Positions 19,497 to 33,300 of a stretch of 64,000 nt of DNA are shown here, in pieces. A program made the position numbers and the translations under genes. Positions within the stretch are counted from its first letter, which is position 1; every line of letters begins with the position of its first letter. The DNA is from Macrostomum lignano (taxonomy: Eukaryota): positions 124,001 through 188,000 of the forward strand of contig NIVC01000632.1 in the NCBI GenBank assembly GCA_002269645.1, written 5' to 3'. The notes beneath the pieces were generated by a model. The model made no database searches. It saw only the letters and a program-made list of their open reading frames with translations, and was not told the DNA's origin.

Positions 19497-22400
19497 TTCA
19501 ACAAGGTGGGGCGCCAATCTTTAAGAAGGTGGGGCGCCAATCTTCAAGAAGGTGAGGCGCCAATCTTCAACAAGGTGGGGCACCAATCTTCAACAAGGTG
19601 GGGCACCAATCTTCAACAAGGTGGGGCACCAATCTTCAAGAAGGTGAGGCACCAATCTTCAACAAGGTGGGGCGCCAATCTTCAACAAGGTGGGGCGCCA
19701 ATCTTCAAGAAGGTGGGGCACCAATCTTCAAGAAGGTGAGGCACCAATCTTCAAGAAGGTGAGGCACCAATCTTCAACAAGGTGGGGCGCCAATCTTCAA
19801 CAAGGTGGGGCGCCAATCTTCAAGAAGGTGGGGCGCCAATCTTCAAGAAGGTGGGGCGCCAATATTCATGAAGTCGGGGCGCCAGTCTTCAAGAAGGTGG
19901 GGCGCCAATCTTCAACAAGGTGGGGCACCAATCTTCAAGAAGGTGGGGCGCCAATATTCATGAAGTCGGGGCACCAATCTTCAAGAAGGTGAGGCACCAA
20001 TCTTCAAGAAGGTGAGGCACCAATCTTCAACAAGGTGGGGCGCCAATCTTCAACAAGGTGGGGCGCCAATCTTCAAGAAGGTGGGGCGCCAATCTTCAAG
20101 AAGGTGGGGCGCCAATATTCATGAAGTCGGGGCGCCAGTCTTCAAGAAGGTGGGGCGCCAATCTTCAACAAGGTGGGGCACCAATCTTCAAGAAGGTGGG
20201 GCGCCAATATTCATGAAGTCGGGGCACCAATCTTCAAGAAGGTGAGGCACCAATCTTCAAGAAGGTGAGGCACCAATCTTCAACAAGGTGGGGCGCCAAT
20301 CTTCAACAAGGTGGGGCGCCAATCTTCAACAAGGTGGGGCGCCAATCTTCAACAAGGTGGGGCGCCAATCTTCAGCAAGGTGGGGCGCCAATCTTCAACA
20401 AGGTGGGGCGCCAATCTTCAACAAGGTGGGGCACCAATCTTCAAGAAGGTGAGGCGCCAATCTTCAACAAGGTGGGGCGCCAATCTTCAACAAGGTGGGG
20501 CACCAATCTTCAAGAAGGTGAGGCGCCAATCTTCAACAAGGTGGGGCACCAATCTTCAACAAGGTGGGGCACCAATCTTCAAGAAGGTGAGGCACCAATC
20601 TTCAACAAGGTGGGGCGCCAATCTTCAACAAGGTGGGGCGCCAATCTTCAAGAAGGTGGGGCACCAATCTTCAAGAAGGTGAGGCACCAATCTTCAAGAA
20701 GGTGAGGCACCAATCTTCAACAAGGTGGGGCGCCAATCTTCAACAAGGTGGGGCGCCAATCTTCAACAAGGTGGGGCGCCAATCTTCAACAAGGTGGGGC
20801 GCCAATCTTCAGCAAGGTGGGGCGCCAATCTTCAACAAGGTGGGGCGCCAATCTTCAACAAGGTGGGGCGCCAATCTTCAAGAAGGTGAGGCACCAATCT
20901 TCAACAAGGTGGGGCACCAATCTTCAAGAAGGTGAGGCACCAATCTTCAACAAGGTGGGGCGCCAATCTTCAACAAGGTGGGGCGCCAATCTTCAAGAAG
21001 GTGGGGCACCAATCTTCAAGAAGGTGAGGCACCAATCTTCAAGAAGGTGAGGCACCAATCTTCAACAAGGTGGGGCGCCAATCTTCAACAAGGTGGGGCG
21101 CCAATCTTCAAGAAGGTGGGGCGCCAATCTTCAAGAAGGTGGGGCGCCAATATTCATGAAGTCGGGGCGCCAGTCTTCAAGAAGGTGGGGCGCCAATCTT
21201 CAACAAGGTGGGGCACCAATCTTCAAGAAGGTGGGGCGCCAATATTCATGAAGTCGGGGCACCAATCTTCAAGAAGGTGAGGCACCAATCTTCAAGAAGG
21301 TGAGGCACCAATCTTCAACAAGGTGGGGCGCCAATCTTCAACAAGGTGGGGCGCCAATCTTCAAGAAGGTGGGGCGCCAATCTTCAAGAAGGTGGGGCGC
21401 CAATATTCATGAAGTCGGGGCGCCAGTCTTCAAGAAGGTGGGGCGCCAATCTTCAACAAGGTGGGGCACCAATCTTCAAGAAGGTGGGGCGCCAATATTC
21501 ATGAAGTCGGGGCACCAATCTTCAAGAAGGTGAGGCACCAATCTTCAAGAAGGTGAGGCACCAATCTTCAACAAGGTGGGGCGCCAATCTTCAACAAGGT
21601 GGGGCGCCAATCTTCAAGAAGGTGGGGCGCCAATCTTCAAGAAGGTGGGGCGCCAATATTCATGAAGTCGGGGCGCCAGTCTTCAAGAAGGTGGGGCGCC
21701 AATCTTCAACAAGGTGGGGCACCAATCTTCAAGAAGGTGGGGCGCCAATATTCATGAAGTCGGGGCACCAATCTTCAAGAAGGTGAGGCACCAATCTTCA
21801 AGAAGGTGAGGCACCAATCTTCAACAAGGTGGGGCGCCAATCTTCAACAAGGTGGGGCGCCAATCTTCAAGAAGGTGGGGCGCCAATCTTCAAGAAGGTG
21901 GGGCGCCAATATTCATGAAGTCGGGGCGCCAGTCTTCAAGAAGGTGGGGCGCCAATCTTCAACAAGGTGGGGCACCAATCTTCAAGAAGGTGGGGCGCCA
22001 ATATTCATGAAGTCGGGGCACCAATCTTCAAGAAGGTGAGGCACCAATCTTCAAGAAGGTGAGGCACCAATCTTCAACAAGGTGGGGCGCCAATCTTCAA
22101 CAAGGTGGGGCGCCAATCTTCAAGAAGGTGGGGCGCCAATCTTCAACAAGGTGGGGCGCCAATCTTCAGCAAGGTGGGGCGCCAATCTTCAAGAAGGTGA
22201 GGCACCAATCTTCAACAAGGTGGGGCACCAATCTTCAAGAAGGTGAGGCGCCAATCTTCAACAAGGTGGGGCGCCAATCTTCAACAAGGTGGGGCACCAA
22301 TCTTCAAGAAGGTGAGGCGCCAATCTTCAACAAGGTGGGGCGCCAATCTTCAGCAAGGTGGGGCGCCAATCTTCAACAAGGTGGGGCGCCAATCTTCAAC

Positions 22401-22545
22401 AAGGTGGGGCGCCAATCTTCAAGAAGGTGAGGCACCAATCTTCAAGAAGGTGGGGCGCCAATCTTCAACAAGGTGGGGCGCCAATCTTCAACAAGGTGGG
22501 GCGCCAATCTTCAACAAGGTGGGGCGCCAGTCTTCAAGAAGGTGA
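19497..22545. repeat. 23-bp minisatellite (AATCTTCAACAAGGTGGGGCGCC)n with a 253-bp higher-order period
   Basis: About 130 units. Identical derived ORFs start at 20012/20265 and 21300/21553/21806/22059, a spacing of 253 = 11 x 23. Confidence 0.95.
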
Positions 22546-23039
22546 AGCGCCAGATCTAGTTCAGAGATCTCCTTGACTTCCGCTGCAGGTAAACGAGAGG
22601 CCCCCTGTTGGGGCACCCCGCTGTGAGTTACTTCCACGAGAACTGACTCCCCTGGCAGAGGAGCGGACACGGAGTGAGGGGGAGTCAACCCCCCCCCACC
22701 CAAACCCGAAAAAATCTTGTGAATCCGCCGCATGCGTGGAAAATGAAAGATTCCATTTGGCTGTTTCTGCAGTCCACTATCAGTTGGAAAATGTCAGCCA
22801 TTTAGGGGCAGCGACCGTTCGTTCAGGCCTCACAGCCGTGTGTGTCAATATTCCACAGATATGCCAGTTGCCTGTTGCCATTATAGGAGGATCCTTGTAG
22901 CTATGCGGAATAACAAAATGTTTTCACACTTGGTCGAATAGGGACTTGGAAAGCATTCCTTCTTAGGATGATTCCAATAGAATGAAGATTTGGTCAGCTG
23001 GTTTGCCGCTTAGGCACTGCCATGCACATGCACATATAT

Positions 23040-24115
23040 AGTGATTAGAATGAGGATGAACGGATAAAATGCAAACAAAATGGATAGAATGTGGATAGAA
23101 TGGATAGACTGAGAATAGAACGGATATAATGAGGATAGAATGGATAGAATGAGGATATAACAGATAAAATACAGATGGATAGAATACACATAGATAGAAT
23201 ACAGATGGATAGAATACAGATGGATAGAATACAAATAGATAGAATACAGATGGATAGAATACAGATGGATAGAATACAGATTGATAGAATACAGATGGAT
23301 AGAATACAGATGGATAGAATACAGATGGATAGAATACAGATGGATGGAATACAGATGGATAGAATACAGATGGATAGAATACAGATGGATAAGATGCAGA
23401 TGGATAGAATACAGATGGATAGAATACAGATGGATAGAATACAGATGGATAGAATACAGATGGATAGAATACAGATGGATAGAATACAGATGGATAGAAT
23501 ACAGATGGATAGAATACAGATGGATGGAATACAGATGGATAGAATACAGATGGATGGAATACAGATGGATAGAATACAGATGGATAGAATACAGATTGAT
23601 AGAATACAGATGGATAGAATACAGATGGATAGAATACAGATGGATAGAATACAGATGGATGGAATACAGATGGATAGAATACAGATGGATAGAATACAGA
23701 TGGATAAGATGCAGATGGATAGAATACAGATGGATAGAATACAGATGGATAGAATACAGATGGATAGAATACAGATGGATAGAATACAGATGGATAGAAT
23801 ACAGATGGATAGAATACAGATGGATAGAATACAGATGGATAGAATACAGATGGATAGAATACAGATGGATAGAATACAGATGGATAGAATACAGATGGAT
23901 AGAATACAGATGGATAGAATACAGATGGATAGAATACAGATGGATAGAATACAGATGGATAGAATACAGATGGATAGAATACAGATGGATAGAATACAGA
24001 TGGATAGAATACAGATGGATAGAATACGGATGGATAGAATACAGATGGATAGAATACAGATGGATAGAATACAGATGGATAGAATACAGATGGATAGAAT
24101 ACAGATGGATAGAAT
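23040..24115. repeat. 15-bp minisatellite (GATAGAATACAGATG)n
   Basis: Highly homogeneous tandem array; the source of the MDRIQ/WIEYR ORFs. Confidence 0.97.
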
Positions 24116-24639
24116 ATGCTGTGAAAGGATTGAGAACTTCTTTTAGTGTCTTCTTTTAGCTCGGCCGTGGGGCTGGGCTGCCTGTGTTATTTTTTAAACA
24201 GACCCCACAGGTCCTGTTTATCCTGGTCGGAGGTGTCCATCATCCGCCCGCCAGCCACCGAAATCCCCGCTTGGGCGCCAATTTCTACTGCGTTGGGGGA
24301 AATTTATCCCATTCTATAAGCTCTGCAGACTCCCAGAAAAAATGATGAGGGAGTTCCCGCTTGCTCTCCGGCAGTCTGCCAGCACTGATTGACAGGCGCT
24401 GGGATTTCTTCTGGGCAGCAGTCACCTGCCGAAGGGATGCAGATTCTTGTGCAACCCCCCCCCTGTGCCCGCGGCCTTCCGTGTTTATTTTCGAACTTAT
24501 CCCCACCTGCACCCGTAGTGGCTTACCGCTGTTCCCATATTTACTGATCCCATATTTATGCGCCTCGGGAATACAGCAACCAGTTCGAGGTTAATTATTT
24601 TTTAGCGGGTGATCAATAAAGATTGAGATTTGTTATCGC

Positions 24640-25182
24640 TGGCTAACAGGTGAAATCAGTGTCTAACAGGTGAAATCAGTGTCTAACAGGTGAAATCAGT
24701 GTCTAACAAGCGAAATCAGTGTCTAACAGGTAAAATCAGTGTCTAACAAGCGAAATCAGTGTCTAACAGGTAAAATCAGTGTCTAACAAGCGAAATCAGT
24801 GTCTAACAGGTGGAATCAGTGTCTAACAAGCGAAATCAGTGTCTAACAGGTGAAATCAGTGTCTAACAAGCGAAATCAGTGTCTAACAAGCAAAATCAGT
24901 GTCTAACAAGCGAAATCAGTGTCTAACAGGTGAAATCAGTGTCTAACAGGTGAAATCAGTGTCTAACAAGCGAAATCAGTGTCTAACAGGTGGAATCAGT
25001 GTCTAACAAGCGAAATCAGTGTCTAACAAGCGAAATCAGTGTCTAACAAGCGAAATCAGTGTCTAACAGGTAAAATCAGTGTCTAACAGGTAAAATCAGT
25101 GTCTAACAAGCGAAATCAGTGTCTAACAGGTGAAATCAGTGTCTAACAGGTAAAATCAGTGTCTAACAGGTAAAATCAGTGT
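24640..25182. repeat. 20-bp minisatellite (AACAGGTGAAATCAGTGTCT)n
   Basis: About 27 tandem units with two alternating variants. Confidence 0.95.
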
Positions 25183-25694
25183 AGCCATTCTCTATCATGA
25201 CACCAGTGGAAGCAGGTAGCTGATTTATCTGATGGCGCTGCCCATTAGCCTCACTAACTAAACAATGGAAAAATTCCGTGACCAATTGAAGATCGGAATT
25301 CCTCAGAGTTTCGGAATTTCGAACATTTTCAACATTTGCCCGAAGCAATTTCTAGCAGCATGTTGATCAGCTATGTCGATCAAATCTCTGTTCGAGTTTA
25401 GAAAGCCTGCCGGACTTGATTACCAATAATTCCTGATACCTGTCTTTGTTCATCAGTTTTTTCTGGTCAATTGGTATTAGAAAAAAACAAGCCAGTCTTA
25501 TCTGAAAAGCCAACGTTTTATCAGTAAGCGACATCAGGTCGGTCTGGCTGCAGACCAGCGAAAACAATTCTTCAATAGAAAAAATTGTTTTAATGTGCCC
25601 GAGGGCTTCGATTGCAAACCAGCGCCAAAGCTTGTAGGGAACCTTTTTTTTGGAGTAGGAAAAATATCGCGCTCCATTGAACAGCTTACACTGC

Positions 25695-27045
25695 CAATAT
25701 CTATAGTAGCTGGTGCGCCAATCTCTACAGTAGCTGGTGCGCCAATCTCTACAGTAGCTGGTGCGCCAATATCTATAGTAGCTGGTGCGCCAATCTCTAC
25801 AGTAGCTGGTGCGCCAATATCTATAGTAGCTGGTGCGCCAATCTCTATAGTAGCTGGTGCGCCAATCTCTACAGTAGCTGGTGCGCCAATATCTATAGTA
25901 GCTGGTGCGCCAATCTCTACAGTAGCTGGTGCGCCAATCTCTACAGTAGCTGGTGCGCCAATATCTATAGTAGCTGGTGCGCCAATCTCTACAGTAGCTG
26001 GTGCGCCAATATCTATAGTAGCTGGTGCGCCAATATCTATAGTAGCTGGAGCGCCAATCTCTATAGTAGCTGAAGCGCCAATCTCTATAGTAGCTGGTGC
26101 GCCAATCTCTACAGTAGCTGGTGCGCTAATCTCTATTGTAGCTGGTGCGCCAATATCTATTGTAGCTGGTGCGCCAATATCTATTGTAGCTGGTGCGCCA
26201 ATCTCTATTGTAGCTGGTGCGCCAATATCTATAGTAGCTGGTGCGCCAATCTCTATTGTAGCTGGTGCGCCAATCTCTACAGTAGCTTGTGCGCCAATAT
26301 CTATAGTAGCTGGAGCGCTAATCTCAATAGTAGCTGGAGCGTCAATATCTATAGTAGCTGGTGCGCCAATATCTATTATAGGTGAGGCGCCAATATCTAT
26401 TGTAGGTGAGGCGCCAATCTCTATTGTAGGTGAGGCGCCAATCTCTATAGAAGCTGGGGAGCCAATCTCTATTTTAGGCCGGTGCTAAGCTTCAAGAATG
26501 TTGGGGCGCCAATCTCCAGCAAGGTGGGGCGCCAATCTCCAGCAAGTTGGGGCGCCAATCTCCAGCAAGTTGGGGTGCCAGTCTTCAGCAGGGTGGGGCG
26601 CCAATCTCCAGCAGGGTGGGGCGCCAATCTCCAGCAGGGTGGGGCGCCAGTTTTCAGGAGGGTGGGGCGCCAATCTTCAGCAAGGTGGGGCGCCAGTATT
26701 CAGCAAGTTGGGGCGCCAATCTCCAGCAAGTTGGGGCGCCAGTCTTCAGCAGGGTGGGGCGCCAGTCTTCAGCAAGTTGGGGCGCCAATCTCCAGCAAGT
26801 TGGGGCGCCAGTCTTCAGCAGGGTGGGGCGCCAGTCTTCAGCAAGTTGGGGCGCCAATCTTCAGCAAGGTGGGGCGCCAATCTCCAGCAAGGTGGGGCGC
26901 CAATCTCCAGCAAGGTGGGGCGCCAATCTCCAGCAAGTTGGGGCGCCAATCTCCAGCAAGTTGGGGCGCCAGTCTTCAGCAGGGTGGGGCGCCAATCTCC
27001 AGCAGGGTGGGGCGCCAATCTCCAGCAGGGTGGGGCGCCAGTCTT
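25695..27045. repeat. 24-bp minisatellite (CCAATATCTATAGTAGCTGGTGCG)n grading into 23-bp (CCAATCTCCAGCAAGGTGGGGCG)n
   Basis: Two abutting arrays share GCGCCAAT, with intermediate units at ~26370-26480. Confidence 0.93.
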
Positions 27046-27364
27046 CCCACAAGCCTGCAAAATTTACTAGCACAGACAAATGCTTCAAGTTTAGAAGCAG
27101 TGGTTATTATTATTTCAAGTAGCAGAGTGGGGGCCCTGGAGCGGGGAGGAACCATGCAATTTCTGTAACGACAAAGAAAGGAAGCTGTAAGCATACTGTA
27201 AATACAGCACCTGTTCCCGATTTTAGCTCGTGTAGTGGACTAACTATAGAATAAACCAAATTTACAGACTCTGTAACCAAAGCGAAACAATATATTTACA
27301 GTAAATTACAGTTCACTATCGCTTGCAGTCAGCAAGCTACACGCAAATTATTCCAGTCTCGAAC

Positions 27365-30300
27365 TCAGGACGGAAAAGCGGCAAACAGGCTGGCCGGTGG
27401 CAGCGGCATCGACACCCGCTGTTTGGTCGCCGCCGCAGCCGCCGCAGCCGCCGCAGCCGCTGCAGCCGCGGCAGCCGCCGCCGCCTTGACGTAGGGACTG
27501 CGGGACCAGTCGCCTACGCCGCTGGTTGCTGGCGAGGCGGAGGAGGCCGCATTGTCCAGGGCGGCTGACGGTGGCGGCGACGCGGTCTTGCCTTGGTCGG
27601 CTGGTTCCCGCTGAAGCCTCTTCGACGGTTGCTGCTGCGGCTCGCCAACGCCGACGTCCCCGCAGTCGGCATCCTCCTCGGTCGCCGCCGAGGCCTCGTG
27701 CACTCGCATGTGCTTCCTCAGCGAGCTCGGATGCGTGTAGGACTTGTCGCAGCCGCCTACTCGGCAGAAGTAGGGCTTCTCGCTCAGGTGCACGTGCATG
27801 TGCTTCTTGCGGTCCGAGCTGTTCGCGAAGCGTCGGTCGCAGCCGGGGACCTCGCATTTGAACGGCTTCTCCCCTGGCGGGAATTGCGGTTGCTCGGTAC
27901 AGATAGACTGTGAGACTGTGAGACTGTGAGATTAGACTGTGAGAATGTGAGATTAGACTGTGAGATTAGACTGTGAGAATGTGAGATTAGACTGTGAGAT
28001 TAGACTGTGAGAATGTGAGATTAGACTGTGAGATTAGACTGTGAAACATGAGATTACACTGTGAGACTATAAGATTAGAGTGTGAGAAAACTGTAGGACT
28101 CGATTTGGAGACTAAGAAAAAAGCTGCGACAGCATGAGATTAGATAGAGACTATGAGGTTATACAACTAGAGAGTATGAGGTTAAACCGACAGCCTATGA
28201 GATTAGACTGTGAGAAGTTCCAGATTAATACAGTTGTAGATCAGAATGCAAGTACTTAATTACTAAATTTTGCTACCAATTTTGATATTTAGATATTAGT
28301 CGGTGGGACCTGTGACTCAGCAATGCCTTTAGAGCCGCAACTTTAAGAGCCATGTAAATGACTAAACAGCCACTCCAGCGAATCCAAGGTTTGGCCACAG
28401 CCGTGCATCAAGTGTCTCAACTGAGTTGAGAAAACCAAGCCAGACTTTGAAATCCCGGAAAGAAATTTAATAATAATTCTTGACCTACAGATTGCGCAAC
28501 GGCTTTGGGATGCTGGAGTGTTGCGAAAGATCCTCTCTGCACCCTTGCCTTGAGAAGTTCCTCAATTTCTAGCACACTTTCGCCACCTCCTCAGCGCGTC
28601 ATCCCTCCCGGCCCCCGCTGAGAAGGGGATCCGAGGTCAACCCGAGAAACTCCATCGGTAGACCATGTAATTTTCTAATTGACCATTCGGCATGGACTGA
28701 GCCTGTGCGGTTGTGGCTTAGTCACGTGGGTCATGTTACACCTGTTACACCTGTTACACCTGTTGCATACCATCCATTCGGTGGAAAAGGTATCTCGAGC
28801 TTACTCTAGTTATCTGTATACTGTAACCAGTTCTAGACTGTAACCAACTCTAGACTGTAACCAGTTCTAGACTGTAACCAATTCTAGACTGTAACCAACT
28901 CTAGACTGTAACCAGTTCTAGACTGTAACCAGTTCTAGACTGTAACCAATTCTAGACTGTAACCAATTCTAGACTGTAACCAATTCTAGACTGTAACCAG
29001 TTCTATACTGTAACCAGTTCTACACTGTAACCAGTTCTAGACTGTAACCAGTTCTAGACTGTAACCAATTCTAGACTGTAACCAATTCTAGACTGTAACC
29101 AGTTCTAGACTGTAACTAATTCTAGACTGTAACCAGTTCTAGACTGTAACTAATTCTAGACTGTAACCAGTTCTAGACTGTAACCAGTTCTAGACTGTAA
29201 CCAGTTCTAGACTGTAACCAGTTCTATACTGTAACTAATTCTAGACTGTAACCAGTTCTAGACTGTAACCAGTTCTACACTGTAACCAGTTCTAGACTGT
29301 AACCAGTTCTAGACTGTAACCAGTTCTAGACTGTAACCAGTTCTATACTGTAACCAATTCTAGACTGTAACCAGTTCTAGACTGTAACCAGTTCTAGACT
29401 GTAACCAGTTCTATACTGTAACCAGTTCTACACTGTAACCAGTTCTAGACTGTAACCAGTTCTAGACTGTAACCAATTCTAGACTGTAACCAATTCTAGA
29501 CTGTAACCAGTTCTAGACTGTAACTAATTCTAGACTGTAACCAGTTCTAGACTGTAACTAATTCTAGACTGTAACCAGTTCTAGACTGTAACCAGTTCTA
29601 GACTGTAACCAGTTCTAGACTGTAACCAGTTCTAGACTGTAACCAGTTCTAGACTGTAGCCTGTTCTATACTGTAGCCAGTTCTAGACTGTAACCAGTTC
29701 TAGACTGTAACCAGTTCTAGACTGTAACCAGTTCTAGACTGTAACCAGTTCTAGACTGTAACCAGTTCTAGACTGTAACCAGTTCTATACTGTAACCAAT
29801 TCTAGACTGTAACCAGTTCTAGACTGTAACCAGTTCTAGACTGTAACCAGTTCTAGACTGTAACCAGTTCTAGACTGTAACCAATTCTATACTGTAACCA
29901 GTTTTAGACTGTAACGCAGCTCCAGTTTAGGTACCCAGAACGCCTGACCCATTAGCAAGGTGACAACTTTTTTGCAGAGCCAGCAACCAATGCGCCAGGT
30001 TGGGTATAGGAAGGCAGGACTGAAAGCAGACTGCAGGAAGACAATTAGAAGTAACAAGAAAACCGTTACGGGTTGACAACGGTGTGAGGGTGAGATGAGG
30101 CGCTATTGTGGGTGGGTGGGGGACTTGCTTGCAAGGCTTTTTTTCGTCCAATGCTTTCTTAAACTCATTGCTTGAGGGCTGCTGTTAGAAATTGATCGAT
30201 AAACTTCTCAACTGGGCTGCTCATTAATTCATGAAAAATTGGGAGTTTGAGCTGAAGAAGAAAAAGGCGGATGCCTGCACAGCCAGCCTAATTGGCGACT

Positions 30301-33300
30301 TGGTTATTGTTCTCAAGTTTAATAGCCTGTTACAATGGCCGGAAACACCGTGAAAAGTTCTGGGCCATGCTTGACATCATGTTAGTCAATTTCTTTTTTA
30401 AAGTTTCAGTGAGAACTGAGCTTGAAAACATTGTGTGTGTTGAACTGTTCCCTTGCAGTGGTCAACCATGGCACCCGGTAGAGATTCTGTCCATTGGGGA
30501 TTGCAATTGTGATGGTGTAACGGAGTAATGGTGACCTACTGAAGGATTGAGAGGGAGTGGAGGTGACCTACTGAAGGACTGAGGTGTAGTGGAGGTGACC
30601 TACTGAAGGACTGAGGGTAGAGTGGAGGTGACCTACTGAAGGATTGAGAAGGAGTGGAGGTGACCTACTGAAGGACTGAAGGGGAGTGGAGGTAACCTAC
30701 TAAAGGACTGAAGGGGAGTGGAGGTAACCTACTAAAGGACTGAAGGGGAGTGGAGGTGACCTACTAAAGGACTGAAGGGGAGTGGAGGTGACCTACTAAA
30801 GGACTGAAGGGGAGTAGAGGTGACCTACTGAGGGACTGAGGGTAGAGTGGAGGTGACCTACTGAGGGACTGAGGGTGGAGTGGAGGTGACCTACTAAAGG
30901 ACTGAAGGGGAGTGGAGGTGACCTACTAAAGGACTGAAGGGGAGTGGAGGTGACCTACTGAAGGACTGAAGGGGAGTGGAGGTGACCTACTGAAGGACTG
31001 AAGGGGAGTGGAGGTGACCTACTAAAGGACTGAAGGGGAGTGGAGGTGACCTACTAAAGGACTGAAGGGGAGTGGAGGTGACCTACTGAAGGACTGAAGG
31101 GGAGTGGAGGTGACCTACTGAAGGACTGAAGGGGAGTGGAGGTGACCTACTAAAGGACTGAAGGGGAGTGGCCTTGACCTACTGAAGGACTCACCAGTGT
31201 GCGTTCGCTTATGAATTTTGAGATTCTCCGACCTCGCAAACACTTTGCCGCAGCCGGGAAACGGGCAGGGAAACGGTTTCTCTCCCGTGTGCACCCGGAT
31301 GTGGTTCACCAGCTTGTACTTGGCTTTGAAAGGCTTCAAGTTGCGGGGGCACTCCTGCCAGTAGCAGGTGTGGTCAGTCAGCTCCGGACCTGCGGAGCAA
31401 TGCGAGTGGGGTAAGACTTGATTAGGCCTCCTTTGTCGCACCTTTCACCGTTGGGGTACTAGCTCAAATGGTAGAGCGCTCGCTTAGCATGCGAGAGGTA
31501 CAGGGATCGATGCCCTGGTACTCCAGAACATTTTTCTTCAAATATTTTTTTTATTTTGCAGTTTTCTAACAATAAAAATGTTTAATCCACAAAAATAGCA
31601 ATATTTACCTTCTTTTTTGCATCTCCAAACTCTTAACAGTTCTTGAAAATCTGTTCTGTGGTGTACAAACATTTTTTATTTGCTTAAAATCGCTGAACGA
31701 AGCCTAATTTCCAAACATATCGGCACGATTCGATTCTAATAAAAGAGGGATTCAATTTACAAAAAAATATCAAAAATATTTGTAACATAAATTTGTAGAT
31801 TTTTCAAACAACCCCTCGTGCACATTGACATTTTTAACATTTTTCCGCGCCAAAATTTTTTTCGATACATATCGGCAAACCTACCGCCAACGTGGTCAAC
31901 GGTGATGTGCACCACAATGTCGTGAATGCTGGCGAACAGGCGACCGCAGGTTCGGCCGAAGCGCTCTAGCCAGAGGCAGCGATAGTCGCCCAGCTGATGG
32001 GGATAGTAGTGCTGCTGGTAGTGCTGCTGCTGATTATGATGATGCAGACTGTGTTGCTGATGAGGCCCCGGATGCTGGGCGGGAGGCTGCACCACTGATG
32101 GCGACTGTTTGGAGAAGCAGCAGACCTGCTGCTGCAGGTAGGCGCGGTACAGAGCCGGCCCGTAGGCGGCGGACAGCTGGTTGAAGTGGCCGAAGTTGGC
32201 GGCGGCAAAGTGGCTGGGGTAATACTGCTCAGTCAGGTAGCTCGAGGTCCGCTGCGACTGCTGATGATGAAGCTGCGGATGATGCTCATGATGCTGGACG
32301 GCGTGATGAGGATGCTCCTGCGGCTGACACTGATGCTGAGCTACTGCTGGCTGCCGCTGCTCTACCGCCGTGTTTTCCGACATCGTTTGCACCTGCAGCT
32401 GCTGGTGCTCGGCGGCCGGGACAAAGGTTGACGGAAATTCCACCTGCGGCTGCTGCTGCTGAGCATGCTGTTGATCAAGATGCTGCTGGTCTTGCTGATG
32501 AGGCTGGATAGGAGGCTGGTGCCGTCTGAACAGAAACTCTTTCGACGGAGAAGCACCGGAGGGGTTCAGGTGTTGAGCCGGCTGATGAAGCGGATGCTGG
32601 ATCTGGTGATGCAGCGTGTGCGCCTCAGCCGCGGCCACCTGGCAGGGGGTGTTGAGAGGGCGCTAGAAGGCTTCAGGGGGTGCTGAGAGGGCGCTAGAAG
32701 GCTTCAGGGGGTGCTGAGGGGGGCTAGGAGGGTTCAGGGGTGCTGAGGGGGGCTAGAAGGGGTCAGGGGGTGCTGAGGGGGCTAGAAGGGGTCAGGGGGT
32801 GCTGAGGGGGGCTAGAAGGGGTCAGGGGGTGCTGAGGGGGGCTAGGAGGGTTCAGGGGTGCTGAGGGGGGCTAGAAGGGGTCAGGGGGTGCTGAGGGGGG
32901 CTAGAAGGGGTCAGGGGGTGCTGAGGGGGGGGCAGAAGGGGTCAGGGGGTGCTGAGGGGGGGCAGAAGGGGTCAGGGGGTGCTGAGGGGGGGGGGCAGAA
33001 GGGGTTATGGGGTGTTGAGGGGCTGCTGACAGCAAAAAAACCTGCAGAAGTTTGGCAGGCAGGCAGGCTATTCAATGAGGATGTTTTATTTGCTTCACTT
33101 CCAGTCTCCGCTCGCTGCAGCATTCATATACGGATATAGAGTTAGTTAGCTATGCTGATCTCTCGAGAATTCCGATGGAATGTCTGCGCAAGATGAGATA
33201 GAAATCTCTGTATGAAGCTGAGCCAACCACTCACTGACTGGACATGAAATAGCTGTCAATCACAGTCAGTATCATGAGGACATACCCCATGCCTGCTTGA

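Noticed and set aside
17996-27170. Many repetitive ORFs ([35 protein letters not shown], etc.)
   Set aside because: Arise from 15-24-bp tandem arrays; overlapping ORFs in several frames, with no codon bias or splice context.
18035-31190. CRISPR-like regularly spaced repeats
   Set aside because: Units are directly tandem with no unique spacers, no leader or cas genes, and the context is eukaryotic.
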